NCBI RefSeq assembly: GCF_036321535.1
Contig: NC_087437.1
Span: 80,664,001 to 80,728,000 of the forward strand
Reading direction: 5' to 3'
Source: Camelus dromedarius
Taxonomy: Eukaryota
DNA length: 64,000 nt
Position numbers and translations under genes: made by a program. Below are positions 39,111 through 51,344 of the stretch, in pieces; position 1 is the first letter of the stretch, and every line of letters begins with the position of its first letter. A model generated the notes under the pieces. It saw only the letters and a list, made by a program, of their open reading frames with translations. It ran no database searches and was not told the origin of the DNA.

Positions 39111-41664
39111 ACACAGAATAAAAGTCCTCACCATAGCTCTCCTAGGTCATTTCCCTCCATTTGTTGCACTTGCTTACTCATCTAGCTACATGATCTGACC
39201 CTCAGCTCTTGCTCAGGTATCATTTCCCACCACTCTATTGCTTACTTCACTCTAGCCACACCTGGCTTCTTTGCCGCCAACTTGTGAAGCAAGCTCCTGA
39301 TTAAGGGCATCCCCCTTGCTATGCCCACAGCTTGGAGCACGTTTGCCCTATATATCTATAGGGCTTCACTTCCTTCAAGTTTCTGCCCAACAGTTATCTG
39401 ACCAGAGTAGCTCTCTGAGCATTCTATCTGAAAGGGCAATCCCCTCCAGTCCTTCCTTACACCCTGTCTATCTATGATACTTCACTTTCCTCCTTCCTTC
39501 CTTCCTCCTTCTCCCTCCTTCCTCTTTCTTTTCTTTTGTACTTATTATCAACTGACATAAACATGCTTATTGTCTGTTTCTCCTCATTAGAATGTAAGTT
39601 CCATGACAGTAGGGACAAGGACTTTGTTTTGTTCACTAGTTCTTGGAATAGTGCCTGGTATAGTATGTATTTAAATACTGTTACAATTTTATGGTTTTTG
39701 ATAAGAGCATAAGTAAGAGCAAAATCCTCTAGCTGTATACACAGGAGAAAGATGCACACAAAACTTTTGAAAAATTATAGAGGCTTCTTCTATAATTCTA
39801 AGGCTGATAAATGTTGATTTATTCATTATTCTTAAAGAATATCATATGCATCTGTATATGTTTGTTTTCTTTTTTCAAATTGAGATGGTCCATTAACATA
39901 AAGGAGAGAATCAAACTGTTTTACATGCTTAGTTTTCTAAAGAATGGGTTGGAATAAGATAGCTTAACTTCAAAAATAAGAATTTCAGAGCTAAAAAGAT
40001 GTTATCGATATTCTTAGCTAGTATGTTTATTTTATATAAGTGATGCTTTTAAAGGTAAAGTGATATGCCCAGAATAACTCAGGCAGCTCCACAAGCCTGA
40101 GAGAATGTTAATTTTTAATCAGTGTTCTTAAAAATGCATAGTATTTGAGTTTTTATTTGATTCATTCACCAAAAATTTGGTGAGGGCATTTGTTAGCTTA
40201 GTTTCCTATGTCAAGTAGTCTAGTCATTTTATGTTGAATGAATTTTTCTTTTAAAGGAGAATAACATATAATCATTAATGAGAATTTCAAATTAGGTCCT
40301 TCCTGGATTAGGTGGTGACACAGCTGTTAGTTTTTGCTCTAGGTATGGCTATAATTATTTTAAAAATCATGGTAAACCATACTAAAATTTACAATGTTAA
40401 CCATTTTTACATGGGCAGTTCAGGGGCATTGAGTACATTCACATTGTTGTGCAACCATTACTGCCCTCCATCCATAGAACATTTTTCATCTTGCGAAACT
40501 TTAACTTTGTGCTTAGTAAGCTATAATTTTATATTTCCCCTTAGCCTCAGCCCCTGGCAAACCATTCTACTTTCTGTCTTTATGAATTTGACAAGAAGAG
40601 TGTGGTTGGGCAATAGAATCACAGATGCAAAAAATTTAGTTTATTTTGGTTTTAAGGAACTCCCTCTCTAGGATCATAAACTGGTTATATGTAACAATAT
40701 TTTTCACAAGTGATTAGTAAGCTTTTATGAAAATATGATTTTACAACCTGAGAAGTTAGGATTTAACCTCAGGTTACACAGTAATATACCCTATTACAGT
40801 GATTACAGTCGTTTGGTATTCTTAAGAAAGAGGTTGAAGCACAGAATGAGGGATATTTCACTCAGAAAATTAAAAAGTATCTAAAGATACTTATTAAAAT
40901 GAACATGTTTTTATTTATTTATATACTTAGAAAAACAAAATGAAACAGAAAGAAAAAAAACCCTGAAAAACGTATTTTAAGATTGACTGTTTTGGTACCA
41001 CGATTTTTATTTCCCCAACAGAGAAATGCAATGAGCATTTTTTTCAGAAAAACAATTATGCCAGTATACAATTCCATTCAGTAAATTGTAGAAAATGACA
41101 GAGCTAATGGAATTATATATGTGAAAGTCTGAAAAAAGAGCAAACTAAATCCCTTTCCCCAAATACCCTTCCCCTTGCCTACCTCTCCCCAGGAAATACT
41201 AAAGAAGCTTAATTTAATCCACCTGAGGCATAGAAAATGGGGTATCAGAGATAGAAAAAAAATCAGGTGTCACAAATCTTGAGTTTCCCAAATTTGAGTA
41301 TGAAATCAAATCTTCCAGGAAAATTTCTTAGAAAACTAATTGGTGAATTATGAGGAGAAACTTTTAGCTTTGCCAGCCACCCCTAAAATGCCTTCAAGCA
41401 ACCACTCTCTGAACTTTACAGAAATCATATAGAAATCAATGCTTTGTATTTCTTTATGGTTGTTATCTCCTAAGCGTGCAGCCCTGGGGCCTATAGTTTG
41501 GCAGTTTAGTTTTATTCTTTTTTTTTTTTAACTTGGTATATCTTTCTGGGAAACTGTTAAATTCTGACAGCTAGATTTTGGATTTACTGACTGTCCAATC
41601 CTAGATCCTATGCTTCTTGATTGCGATTATTCAGAGGTAAGTGGGTGCCAAAAGATAAAGGATA

Positions 41665-41846
41665 GATAAACAAGATTATATTGTATAGCACAGGGAAATA
41701 TATACAAGATCTTGTGGTAGCTCACAGCGAAAAAAATGCGACAATGAATATATGTATGTTCATGTATAACTGAAAAATTGTGCTCTACATTGGAAATTGA
41801 GACAACATTGTAAAATGACTATAACTCAATTAAAAAATGTTTTAAA
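41665..41846 (+). mobile_element. Young 5'-truncated L1 3' end in the predicted FAM172B intron
   Basis: Very similar to the copy at 22980-23167. TSD aaaagataaaggata at 41650-41664 and 41847-41861. Confidence 0.85.
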
Positions 41847-43361
41847 AAAAGATAAAGGATAAAGAAGACTGTCTAAAGCCTCAGTTTTACTAAATAGTTA
41901 CATAAAATGAAAATTTTCTATTAAAATCAACCAAATGGATTAAGGCATAGAAACACTAATATCACATTTTAAGATAGAACACTCCAAAGAAGTTAGTGGT
42001 GTATGTACAGAATACCCTGGGCTCAGCACCAGAGCTCAGTGACAGTTTAGGGAACTTAGGTTAAAGGTTTGTCCTTTTATAGCCTCCTAGACAAAACCAT
42101 CTGCTGCTTAAATACCTTGAGACACTTCAGGTTTTCATAACTTCTGGGAACAGGCTATTATATTGCAGAGCAGTTAAAACTGTTCATTGTCTTAAAAAGG
42201 AAGATATCCTTGAAACCAAAAAACCTATACTCATTTTTTTCATGAAATCATGTGTTACTTCACTTATACCTGGAAGAAAAACTTCCTTCATGTAAGAATT
42301 CTCAATATTTTAAAGATAAGATTCAACTATGAATGAAAATGAGGCTAATAGCAATATGACACAGTGCTCCGAATATCTTTGCAAAATCTAGGCATTCTGG
42401 GAGCCTATGGTAAGGAATTCTAGATTGTTCATTTTAATTTTTAACATAGTTTAGGATCAGTGTGTACCCAGTGCCCAACCATGTCTATTTACATTCATAT
42501 TATACTTAAAGTTAATTCACTTGTGAAGAGAAAGGGTCTTTATTTTCATTAAGCTCTCTTCAAAGAAATTGTTAATCAAGGGGATAAAATAAAGAGTTGA
42601 TATATTTCACACTGCCACTGTGTCTTGAAACTATTAAAACCACACCCATTGCTTAAAACAAAAATACATTGAATACCTAATTTAAACACTTTATATGCAC
42701 TTTTAACACTCAATAAAGAACCATGCTCATTAAGATCAAATTTTGTATTACAAAATACTGGGCTGATGAATTTCTAATCTTAAATCTTAATTTAAAAGGC
42801 TTTATACACTGTGAGCTAAATGTACATAAAATAAATTAACTTATCCCCAAACATACTAAGTCATTCACTTTTTTTGATTTTTCTTCTTTCTTTTAAAATA
42901 TGGAAGTTTTCACCTTAATATCATAAAACACTATAAAAGATCATAATAGTCTATCATGATAGGCAAAGTGAGGTTGTTAAATGACTCCCTCAAAAGTAGA
43001 AACTAAATTTTTTAATCCTTTAGTTGTTTGCAATACAGTCAACTGAGCAGTAGAGATTGTTAAAACTAAATAAAAATACTGGTTTAAAAAGCAAATTTGA
43101 AATTCTTGAGCTTAAAGGTCATTTACCTTCAAATATGTTAAGCAAAACCAGCTTCAAAATAAAAAAATACACTGACTCACTACACCTTTACTTGCAGAAA
43201 TGCTATATTCAATAAGTTTAAATGATACATTTGCAAGCTGAATAATTTGATTAACTTTATAATTTCATTTCTCATAGGTTCACTTCTTACTGCTAAACTT
43301 TAAAACCACTTACTTTTATGGAAGCTGTCAGTTTGGACGGAAATGTATTCCTCGTACTTAC

Positions 43362-43403
43362 AATTTCCTTTGTTATGTTTCCATCTCTCAGTTCTATTTC
43401 CAT
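43362..43403 (-). CDS. FAM172B: Predicted FAM172B start-codon exon (MEIELRDGNITKEI)
   Basis: aaaagATGG strong Kozak and 14 codons, then a canonical GTAAGT donor at 43361-43356. The donor is phase 0, matching the phase-0 acceptor at 35681. The junction ..KEI|WLPVTQ resembles recalled FAM172A ..PIWINMAQ. No transcript evidence. Confidence 0.6.
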
Positions 43404-44479
43404 CTTTTGCAGTTTATTTGTTTCCTATATCATCAACTGATAAATTAGGCAAGTTTGATTTTTGAGTTAAATCATTGAATTAAGAAGGTTGATGTATGAG
43501 GAAACAAAATTCAGAAATTTTTCAGTAAGGAGAGCTTTTATTTGTTAAACAGAAATAAACTAGAGTTTCTAAATGAAAGCCTTGTAGTGAATTTCATTCT
43601 CAGCAAGCCCTGACGTATTCTGCTTTTCAGCCATTCCTGCCTTGTAAGACACTCCCCCCAGCTCAACAGGCCTTAGCACCTGGAGGCTTACCTCTATTTT
43701 TAGCAGAGACCAAATACAGTATTTAAGACGCAGGGCTGGAGAAGCTCGAGTCTGGGCTCTAGTGGTGAAGTTGGGAAACTCCTTTTACCAGCCTTGGTAA
43801 AATGGAGGAGGGGAAGCGGATGTTAAACTCGTAAAACACTCCAATATCATTTTGCCTGATTGGAGCGCTCTGCTAAATTTTGTTTAACTTATTCTGATTA
43901 AAGCCTATACATTGAAAAAAATTATTCAAGTATGTACCTTATGGCTAATAAGATAGGACAGTTTTCTAAATTGATAGGCCATATAACAGAACTAAAAAAA
44001 AAATCAGTCTAAAAGTACGGGACTTGGAGTTCATTGAGGTCAGGGTTATTCCCTTAAATGCTGTAATAAAAGTTGAACAAATTCATTTACAGCCACTCAC
44101 TTTCTAGCACCTCAGCATTTTATGTTTCTTAAAAATGGAGGTCCAGCTTATCTTTTTCCCCCTGGGTCTTTAAAAATGGTGAGTTTGAATCGTAAGAGAG
44201 ATCCTTTCTATAATTACATTTTTTCCCTCAGCTGAGCTAATTTATTTCCACTCCCAACTGTTAAACCAATAGCTAGGCCATTGACTTTTGTTGTCTTTAA
44301 ATCTTTTTGTTTCTGTGTTTGAGGAAGCCCCTTGAGGACAAATATATAGGAAAGGCCGTGGGGGAAGTAATAATTCAAAAGGAGTAATGTTTTATTCTCA
44401 TATTTCTGGGGTCCCCTCCAGTAAAGTGGAGGAATTCCTAAAGTTTCCCCTCTTTAATTTTTAATCAACCTAATCTTCA

Positions 44480-45420
44480 AAGTCAACAACGCCTTTATGA
44501 TCTCGGGCTAAAAGGTCGCACCCAGCCTCAGTTTCCCGTTGTGGCAGAAGATGAGAAAAACACCAAAAGAGCAACGGAGCGGGTAACCCGAAGAGAAAAC
44601 AAGTCCCAGGAAGTGATTTCCGGGTGGCGGTGGGAGGGGCGGCCAACTTCCGGCCTGAGGGCAGGCGGCGACGGCTCTTGCGCAGGCGCAGTTCACCCTT
44701 TCCTGGCTTTTTTTTTTTCTCTCCCCTCCCCCTCCCTCCCCCAGCCTGAGGGGTCTTGACAGCGACAGCAACTGCGAATCCAGCGGGAGGAGGAGAAGAT
44801 GGACAAGGAGAAGGCCGGGCGACGGCGAGCTCCATCCGGTGAGAAAGGGTCGAGGGCTGAGCATATCGTCTCCTACCTTGGGCAAATGAGAGGTTCTGAC
44901 GGCGACGGGCGCTGCGGCCCGGAGCTGCGAGGGCTCGGGCTCGGACTCCGGCGGGGGCGGGGAAGGGAGGGGAGGAGACGGGAGGGGAGGGAGCGGAGGG
45001 GCGCGCACAATGGAAGACTCCGGGATCTCCCTGGCCCCTGCGAGTCGAAGACCCAGTCCGAGCTGTCATCAAAGCCTCGCCTACTCTTCACCTCAGTACC
45101 CCTTTCATTTTCCTCCTCCTCCGGCGAGCACCTTGCTTGTGTCTCGTCGGCCCACGGATCTTCCCGGTTGGCTTGCGGCTCTCCTGCCACGCCTTCCTCA
45201 TAATTCCACCAATGTTCCAGTTTCATTTCCAGCTTCCCAGCGCCTGACCCCGCTTTCCCCTTTCTTTGATTCTCGGCTTTGCCTATGTCTTACCCCCCCA
45301 CCCCCACCTCCAGGCAGGTAGAAGTGGCTGCAAAGGAGAGGCGGGGTTTGCTAATAGACGCTATATTCCTGGTATAAACGCTGCAACGTGTCTTGTTCTT
45401 TTGAGCGGGCCTGCTCAATA
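44480..45420. promoter_or_regulatory. SENP7 CpG-island promoter, possibly bidirectional with FAM172B
   Basis: CpG island with NRF1 motif TGCGCAGGCGCA at 44679-44690 and ETS/GABP motifs in both orientations: CAGGAAGT 44607-44614, TTTCCGG near 44617-44623, ACTTCCGG 44646-44653. Confidence 0.85.
44799..44838 (+). CDS. SENP7: SENP7 coding exon 1 (MDKEKAGRRRAPS-E)
   Basis: gaagATGG Kozak context. 40 nt, donor CCG|GTGAGA. Similar to the recalled human MDKRKLGRRPSSSE. Confidence 0.9.
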
Positions 45421-45984
45421 ACCCTTTTTCTTTTCTAGCTTCTCCCTTCTTCCAAAAGTGATTAAAGAGTCGCACAAAGGATTTGAAGCCGTGTTTCACT
45501 GTGTTTTTATTCTCAGCATATTTTTGTTTTTGAAGTTCCTTTATGAGTTAAATGACTATCTTCAGTTTTGGGTACAACATCTTAAAAGCACAAAAGTGGA
45601 GTTGTAAGACGTGAGGTTGAGTTCCTCCCAGTCAACAAGTTTTTGTTAAAGATCTCATCCAATAAGGGTACCGCAATTTCTGTGTTAAGTCCTGTAGACC
45701 TACCAAAGTAGGGGGGACGAGGTCTCAGCTTACAGTCTAGTATACAACAGCCGTTGCATCGATCATTTCATTTCATTTTCTCATTTCTTATTGTGCCGTC
45801 TATTGTTGCATAGGCAGTCTTAACAATTCCATATTTATTTAGGAGTGCCTTTGTGGTAGTGCGTCTCAAACTTTTTTTGGCCTTATCCACAAAGGAGAGT
45901 GAACATGGAACTCAGGGACATTGCCTGAAGCAGTTGAAAACCTGTAATTGCCTTTTCATAAGCAAACAGTGTATATACCCTTTT

Positions 45985-46092
45985 GTGTATGTGTGTGTGT
46001 GTGTGCGCGTGTATTTTAGAGATATTCTTTGCCTTTGAAAGTATATGTATGTATTACATATACATATATACACACATATATGTATGTATATG
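45985..46092. repeat. (TG)n / (TA)n microsatellite-like tract
   Basis: tgtgtatgtgtgtgtgtgtgtgcgcgtgt and tatatgtatg...acatatacatatatacacacatatatgtatgtatatg. A similar tract lies at 2746-2795. Confidence 0.8.
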
Positions 46093-47163
46093 CCTCCAAT
46101 GGATCGATGTTTGTTTTAATATACTTTTGTCCCCTAAAGCCTTTAAGTAAAATGGACACATTAGAAAAATTCACAGTGTTTATCTGGTGTCATTTGTGTG
46201 CTTCCTAACGCAGAACTTTAGCAGTAATCATATCTTTGTTGAAGATGCACAACCTTTTTTCAATAAATGCATTTCGTCTTGACTTAATACATTTTTTCTG
46301 GGAGAGAGGTAAGATGTTAGACTTGTCTTTGAGCACATCCCACCCTCTTTACCTGGTTACACTTAGATATATTCATTTATTTGTTTATGTTAATTTGGTG
46401 CAAGTAGTTGTGGGAAGTAAAATTGGAGATTAAAATTGTTAATTCTTAAAAGGCATTGATATTTGTGTGTTCTCTCTCTGGGGAGGATTTTTTTTTTCTC
46501 CTGCTAACTTCCCTTTTGGAACTAACTGTCCTTTCTGAAAAGTAATTATTAACATATAATAAAAACCAGTCTCAAATCTCATATTACCTAGCTGTTCTCC
46601 AGTATTTATCTGGTTTTAAGAGATGAATATTAATTTTTAGGAATGATTCTTTTCTTAATAGTGTAGATTTAATTTTCTCACATAAATTCTCAGAAATAAA
46701 ACAAATGATCAGTTGGTTTAAAGGAATTTTGAATTCTGTGTGACATTTATATGCATGCAGTTGCCATTTCATTAGGAGGGTTGCTAGCTGGATCTCAAAT
46801 GACTGGAAGTGATATTTATGGTCATGAGAATTTCAGAAGTATCCAAAGATAGGAATTTGATTAATAAAACAGGAAGAATTAAATGTTAGAGGTATAAAGA
46901 AGGTGGATGGCAATAGAAAGAGAAAACAAGACACAAGTTTCAAGTTTCCTCTGTGAAACTTCACTAGGTTTCCCTGAACTTCTTTCTGAACAAGGAAGAA
47001 CTATGAAGGGTTCCTTCATTTTGCTCAGAACTCTTGTAGTTGCAAGTAGTAGAAGCCCCATTCCGGCTGGCTTAAGCAAAACATAAAATGAGTGTTTGTG
47101 GACTCGCATAACTGATAACTGTAGGAGTTGGATAGCTTCTGGCATGACTGTATTTATTTTAGG

Positions 47164-47515
47164 CACTGGTTCTCAAGGTGTGGCCTGGTGACCTCTGGGT
47201 TCCCTGGGACCTTTTTGGGTCTGTGAGGTCAAAGTTTTTCATAATTTTAAGCCATTGTTTGCCTTTTCCTCGTATTCTCCCACGTGTGTTCAGTAGAGTT
47301 TTTCCAGAGGCTACATGACATGTATCACAGCAAATTGAATACAGAAGCATATAGGGGAAATCATCTGCTTTTTATTAAGCCAGATGTTAAAGAGATTTGC
47401 GAAAAGTAAAATAATGCCATTCTAATTTGGGGGGGAAATGATGTTATTTTAAAATATTTTAGGTATGTTAACATGCAATATGTTTATTGTTTGTTTTAAA
47501 ATGACTTAATAAAGA
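47164..47515. mobile_element. hAT-Charlie (Charlie1/MER63-like) fragment
   Basis: The terminus cactggttctcaaggtgtggcc...gaggtcaaagtttttcataat resembles Charlie-family ends. Confidence 0.5.
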
Positions 47516-49046
47516 AAAATTCCCTCTGTAGAAGACCCACAAAAACTCTGATTACCCTACTTTTCTGGAATGTGGTCATGAAGCAGGAATTAAGTATAAT
47601 ACACTTGTAAGCATGAGAGTAAAAATGAAAGTTTGTATGCTAAAGATCACTCATGAGAAGCTTCTGAAACCTTTCTTCATACTATATTGAAACTATGTGT
47701 TTAAATTATTTATAACTGCCCAAAAGATGAATATCTTATTTTCAAGTTCACAGCGTATCTAAGCTGTGAATTAGGTGGGGACACAGATAAAAAATTATTG
47801 ACACCAGAAACAGGTTTACTGAAAGTTGAATGAAATGATTTAAATGCATGGGTCACTCAAGGGAGAATGACCATTAGAAATGTTTGCCAACAACAACAAT
47901 AAAAGTATAACAGATATGTTAAAGTCATAGGTCACAATTTTCAAATGAATTTTTGAATTAAAACAGGAAAGTTGAAGTAAATTTCCTATTATCACCTGTG
48001 CAGGCAAAATCCTTGGAGATCTGTGTTTATTCTCATTTGTAGTTAAGGATACATATGTTTTTTGAGTACTTATATACTAATAAGTCTGCTAAGAATTTTG
48101 GAAACTTTATAATTCTTTCAAAAGCCTTCTGAGGTGGTTATTATTTCTGATTTACAGTTGGGACCCTGGAATTTAGGCAGGGTAAGCAACTGTTAGCAAT
48201 GTAAGTAAGAAGCAGAGCCAGGATTCAAAATCTGGTCTTTTGATTACAAAATATATAGTTTTAACCTCTTTTACTGTCATAGGATGTTAGTGAACCTTAC
48301 TTGGAAAAAAGGTTTCATGGACAAATAAGTGTGACAACTGTTACAGGAAAAATTTATTTACTTCAGGATTTTTCAGATCTTTTGCTCTACTGCTGTACAT
48401 TTTGCCCCTCCAGGAGAGTGACTGAACATGCAGTGTTTCTCAGACTTGCTTAATTTTGAAACTCTTCCCTTCTCCCCTAGTTTCGTCTTGAGCATCTGGT
48501 GTCCCATAATGATATACACCTTTCTTTTTTCAGTAGGCCCAGGTGATGTCTGCATATTTTACATTAAGTCTAATGAACCATAATTGAAATTCAAAACCAG
48601 AATCTACAATTCATCATGATAAAACTACTTTATTTGCAGTGATGTTAGCTGAAGCCATTGGAATGAATAGAATTACCTGCAGAAACCGTATGGAGTGAGA
48701 AAAGTCTTGGATCACGTATATTTAATTTCAAAGTAGGGAGGAAGAGACACTGGTAAGCAGTTAGATAGGCAGGTTAGAAGGCATGTGATACTCTTCGGAA
48801 GCAAGGGAGGAGAGTAAAAAGCAATGTGAATCAGAGAGTTAAATAGTTGGAGGATGCTGGATTTGGCAATTAGGAGATTACTTTTTTACCACTGATTTTA
48901 GTTAGTAGAGCAGTATGGACAAAAGATTTCAGGAGGCTAAATGAATGAGTGGTGGTGAGGAAACAAAATGAGATGTGAGGGAAAGATTTCTGGAACAAGC
49001 TTGAGTATGAAATTAGATAGAAAAAATATTAAAAAAAAACTATTTG

Positions 49047-49290
49047 AGGAGGGTGGGAAGGGATAGACTGGGAGTTCAAAATTTGTAGATACTGGCAGGC
49101 ATATGTAGAATAGATAAACAAAATTATACTGTATAGCACAGGGAAATATATACAAGATCTTGTAGCTCACAGCGAAAAAAAATGTGACAATGAATATATG
49201 TACGTTCATGTATAACTGAAAAATTGTGCTTAACACTGGAATTTGATACAACATTGTAAAATGACTATAACTCAATAAAAAATGTTAAAA
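49047..49290 (+). mobile_element. Young 5'-truncated L1 3' end
   Basis: Same family as the 22890 and 41665 copies. TSD aaaaactatttg on both sides. Confidence 0.85.
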
Positions 49291-49301
49291 AAAAACTATT
49301 T

Positions 49302-49441
49302 GGAGGGTGGGGTATAGCTCAGTGGTAGAGTGCATGCCTAGCAAGCACAAGGTCCTGGGTTCAATCACCCATTACCTCCATTAAATAAATAAACCTAATT
49401 ACCTTATCCCCCAAAAAACTTAAAAAAAAAAAACTTAAAAA
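49302..49441 (+). mobile_element. tRNA-derived SINE in SENP7 intron 1
   Basis: Full SINE body (gtatagctcagtggtagag...ggttcaatc) plus A-rich tail. It directly follows an L1 3' end. Confidence 0.88.
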
Positions 49442-51344
49442 AAGACTATTAAAACCAGCTTGGTCTGGAGTGGGGAAGCGGTCAGTGAGGAGAGAAAGAT
49501 ACCAGGTAGGAAATAATTGATAGGGTAAGGTTGCAGAAGAGATGGGGGAGGATGGAATCAAAGCACAGTTTTTTAAGACATGGAGAAGGAAGGTAAGGGG
49601 ATAAAGATAAGGATAAATTTTGAAAAGTTAAGGATACTGCAGACTTGGCTTCTAAGTGAAGTAGAAGGCAAGATCATCTTTTGAGAAAGGGGACTTCAAG
49701 TGGTATTGGAGCTCAAAATAGAATAGGAGGTCAATTAGGGATGAATAAAAGAACTATTAACTAATTTTGAAAGACTTTCAAAGTCTGAAAAATACTCATA
49801 AGTGTGAGTATGTAGATGGTAGCAGTTGTGGTTCCAACAATTATGTGACTTTCTTCAGCAGTGCTAAGAAGTCCAGGAGCAAGAATTTGGGGGAAAAGCA
49901 AGAATTGTTTTACTTAGGGTTAAAGGGTATTACAAGATGGAGGGGTGAAAAGTGGGTTCAGTGTGAGTGAGGAAATGGACAGGACAAAACATAGTATGTT
50001 GTAGAATTAGAGGTTCACATATGTGAATTTGAGAAGTGTAACAGTATTCCTTAAATCCATTCATGCATACATGTTGCTGAAATGGGGATGTGATTGTGTA
50101 GAAGTTTGTTGGAGTAGAGTAAATTGAGTCCATCGTATTGAGTGAGTTGATTTTCGGAAGTTTTAGAGCTTCCGTTTGATGGTCGACTTTAATCAGAGAG
50201 GAAAGCTATGAATCACATATGAGAGTGTTTTAGGAATGTTGGAGAAGGTCTTGGGTCAGTACATGGCAATTACAAATATGGGTGAGGTAATAATACATAC
50301 AACTTTGGAAATTTTAAAGGAAGAGTTACTGTAATAAAGATGGAATATTAATTGGATGTAATGGTGAAGGAAAGAGATTGTTAATCCCTACCTCTGTTTT
50401 TATAAGTGGGACAAGAATCTTCTTGAGTCTTAAAAAAAGTGTGGTCAATAAAAAGCTATATAATATAACAATAATTTATGATATATAATTTATGTAGTAA
50501 AAAGTAATAAAAGGTATTCAGGTAAACTAAGGTGGAGGAAATGTTCAAGGAAATGTTTTAGAATTTAAGGAAATTGTTTTGACTTTCGAAAGGAATTTGG
50601 TGGGCTAGGGAAGAGATAGAGAAGAGTGTAGATGACAACTCTATTTCAATAAAAATAAAAATATATATAACAAAACAAAAAGTGTTAAAAAGACATGTGT
50701 TAAAGGAACAAGTTTAAAAAACAAAAGCATGTAGATGAAAAGGTAGGGTGAGGAGAACTGAGAGAATAGCAAGGTAATAAGCTGAAGGGATTGACATTTA
50801 GGGTGGTGATTGTGATTCCCAGGCCTGTTGATGGAAGGCAGAGGACTGGAAAGTAGATTAGAGGGATATGGTAACACAGGGAATGGATTATGGATAGGAT
50901 TGAGTATCCCTGAAGATCTAGACTGGAATTTTTCTATAATGGTGCCATCTCAAACCTGCGTCTCAGATACCTAACTCTAATACGAGTCTTTAATAATTTA
51001 GGAGGCTGGCTAATGTGGGCTGCTTCATCATATATACCTATGTTGACGCACTTCTTGGCAGCACGTTGCACTGTCCTTCCACCCATTTCTGCCTATCTAA
51101 AACTTACTCATTATCTAAAACTTACTTCAAAGCCCAGTCCAATTGTTCCTTTCCAGGAACTATCTCCTAATGAACTCAGACTTAAAAATATATATGCCTA
51201 TTTCTGAACTTCCACAGGTCTTCGTGCCTCTTACTTGATGTTTATCAGATTTGTATAACCTGTAAGTGTTACACTGTTAACTAGGTGACAGCAACTGTCT
51301 TATTCATCTTATGTCCCCATAGCATCCAGCATACTTAGAGTGTA

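Noticed and set aside
44470..45321. Several 100-200 aa ORFs on both strands at the SENP7 promoter
   Set aside because: CpG-island artefacts with low-complexity Pro/Arg/Gly content. ORF 44799..45203 is exon 1 reading into the intron.
51094..51126. Direct repeat tatctaaaacttact x2
   Set aside because: Small 18-bp-period tandem duplication in intronic sequence with no sign of function.
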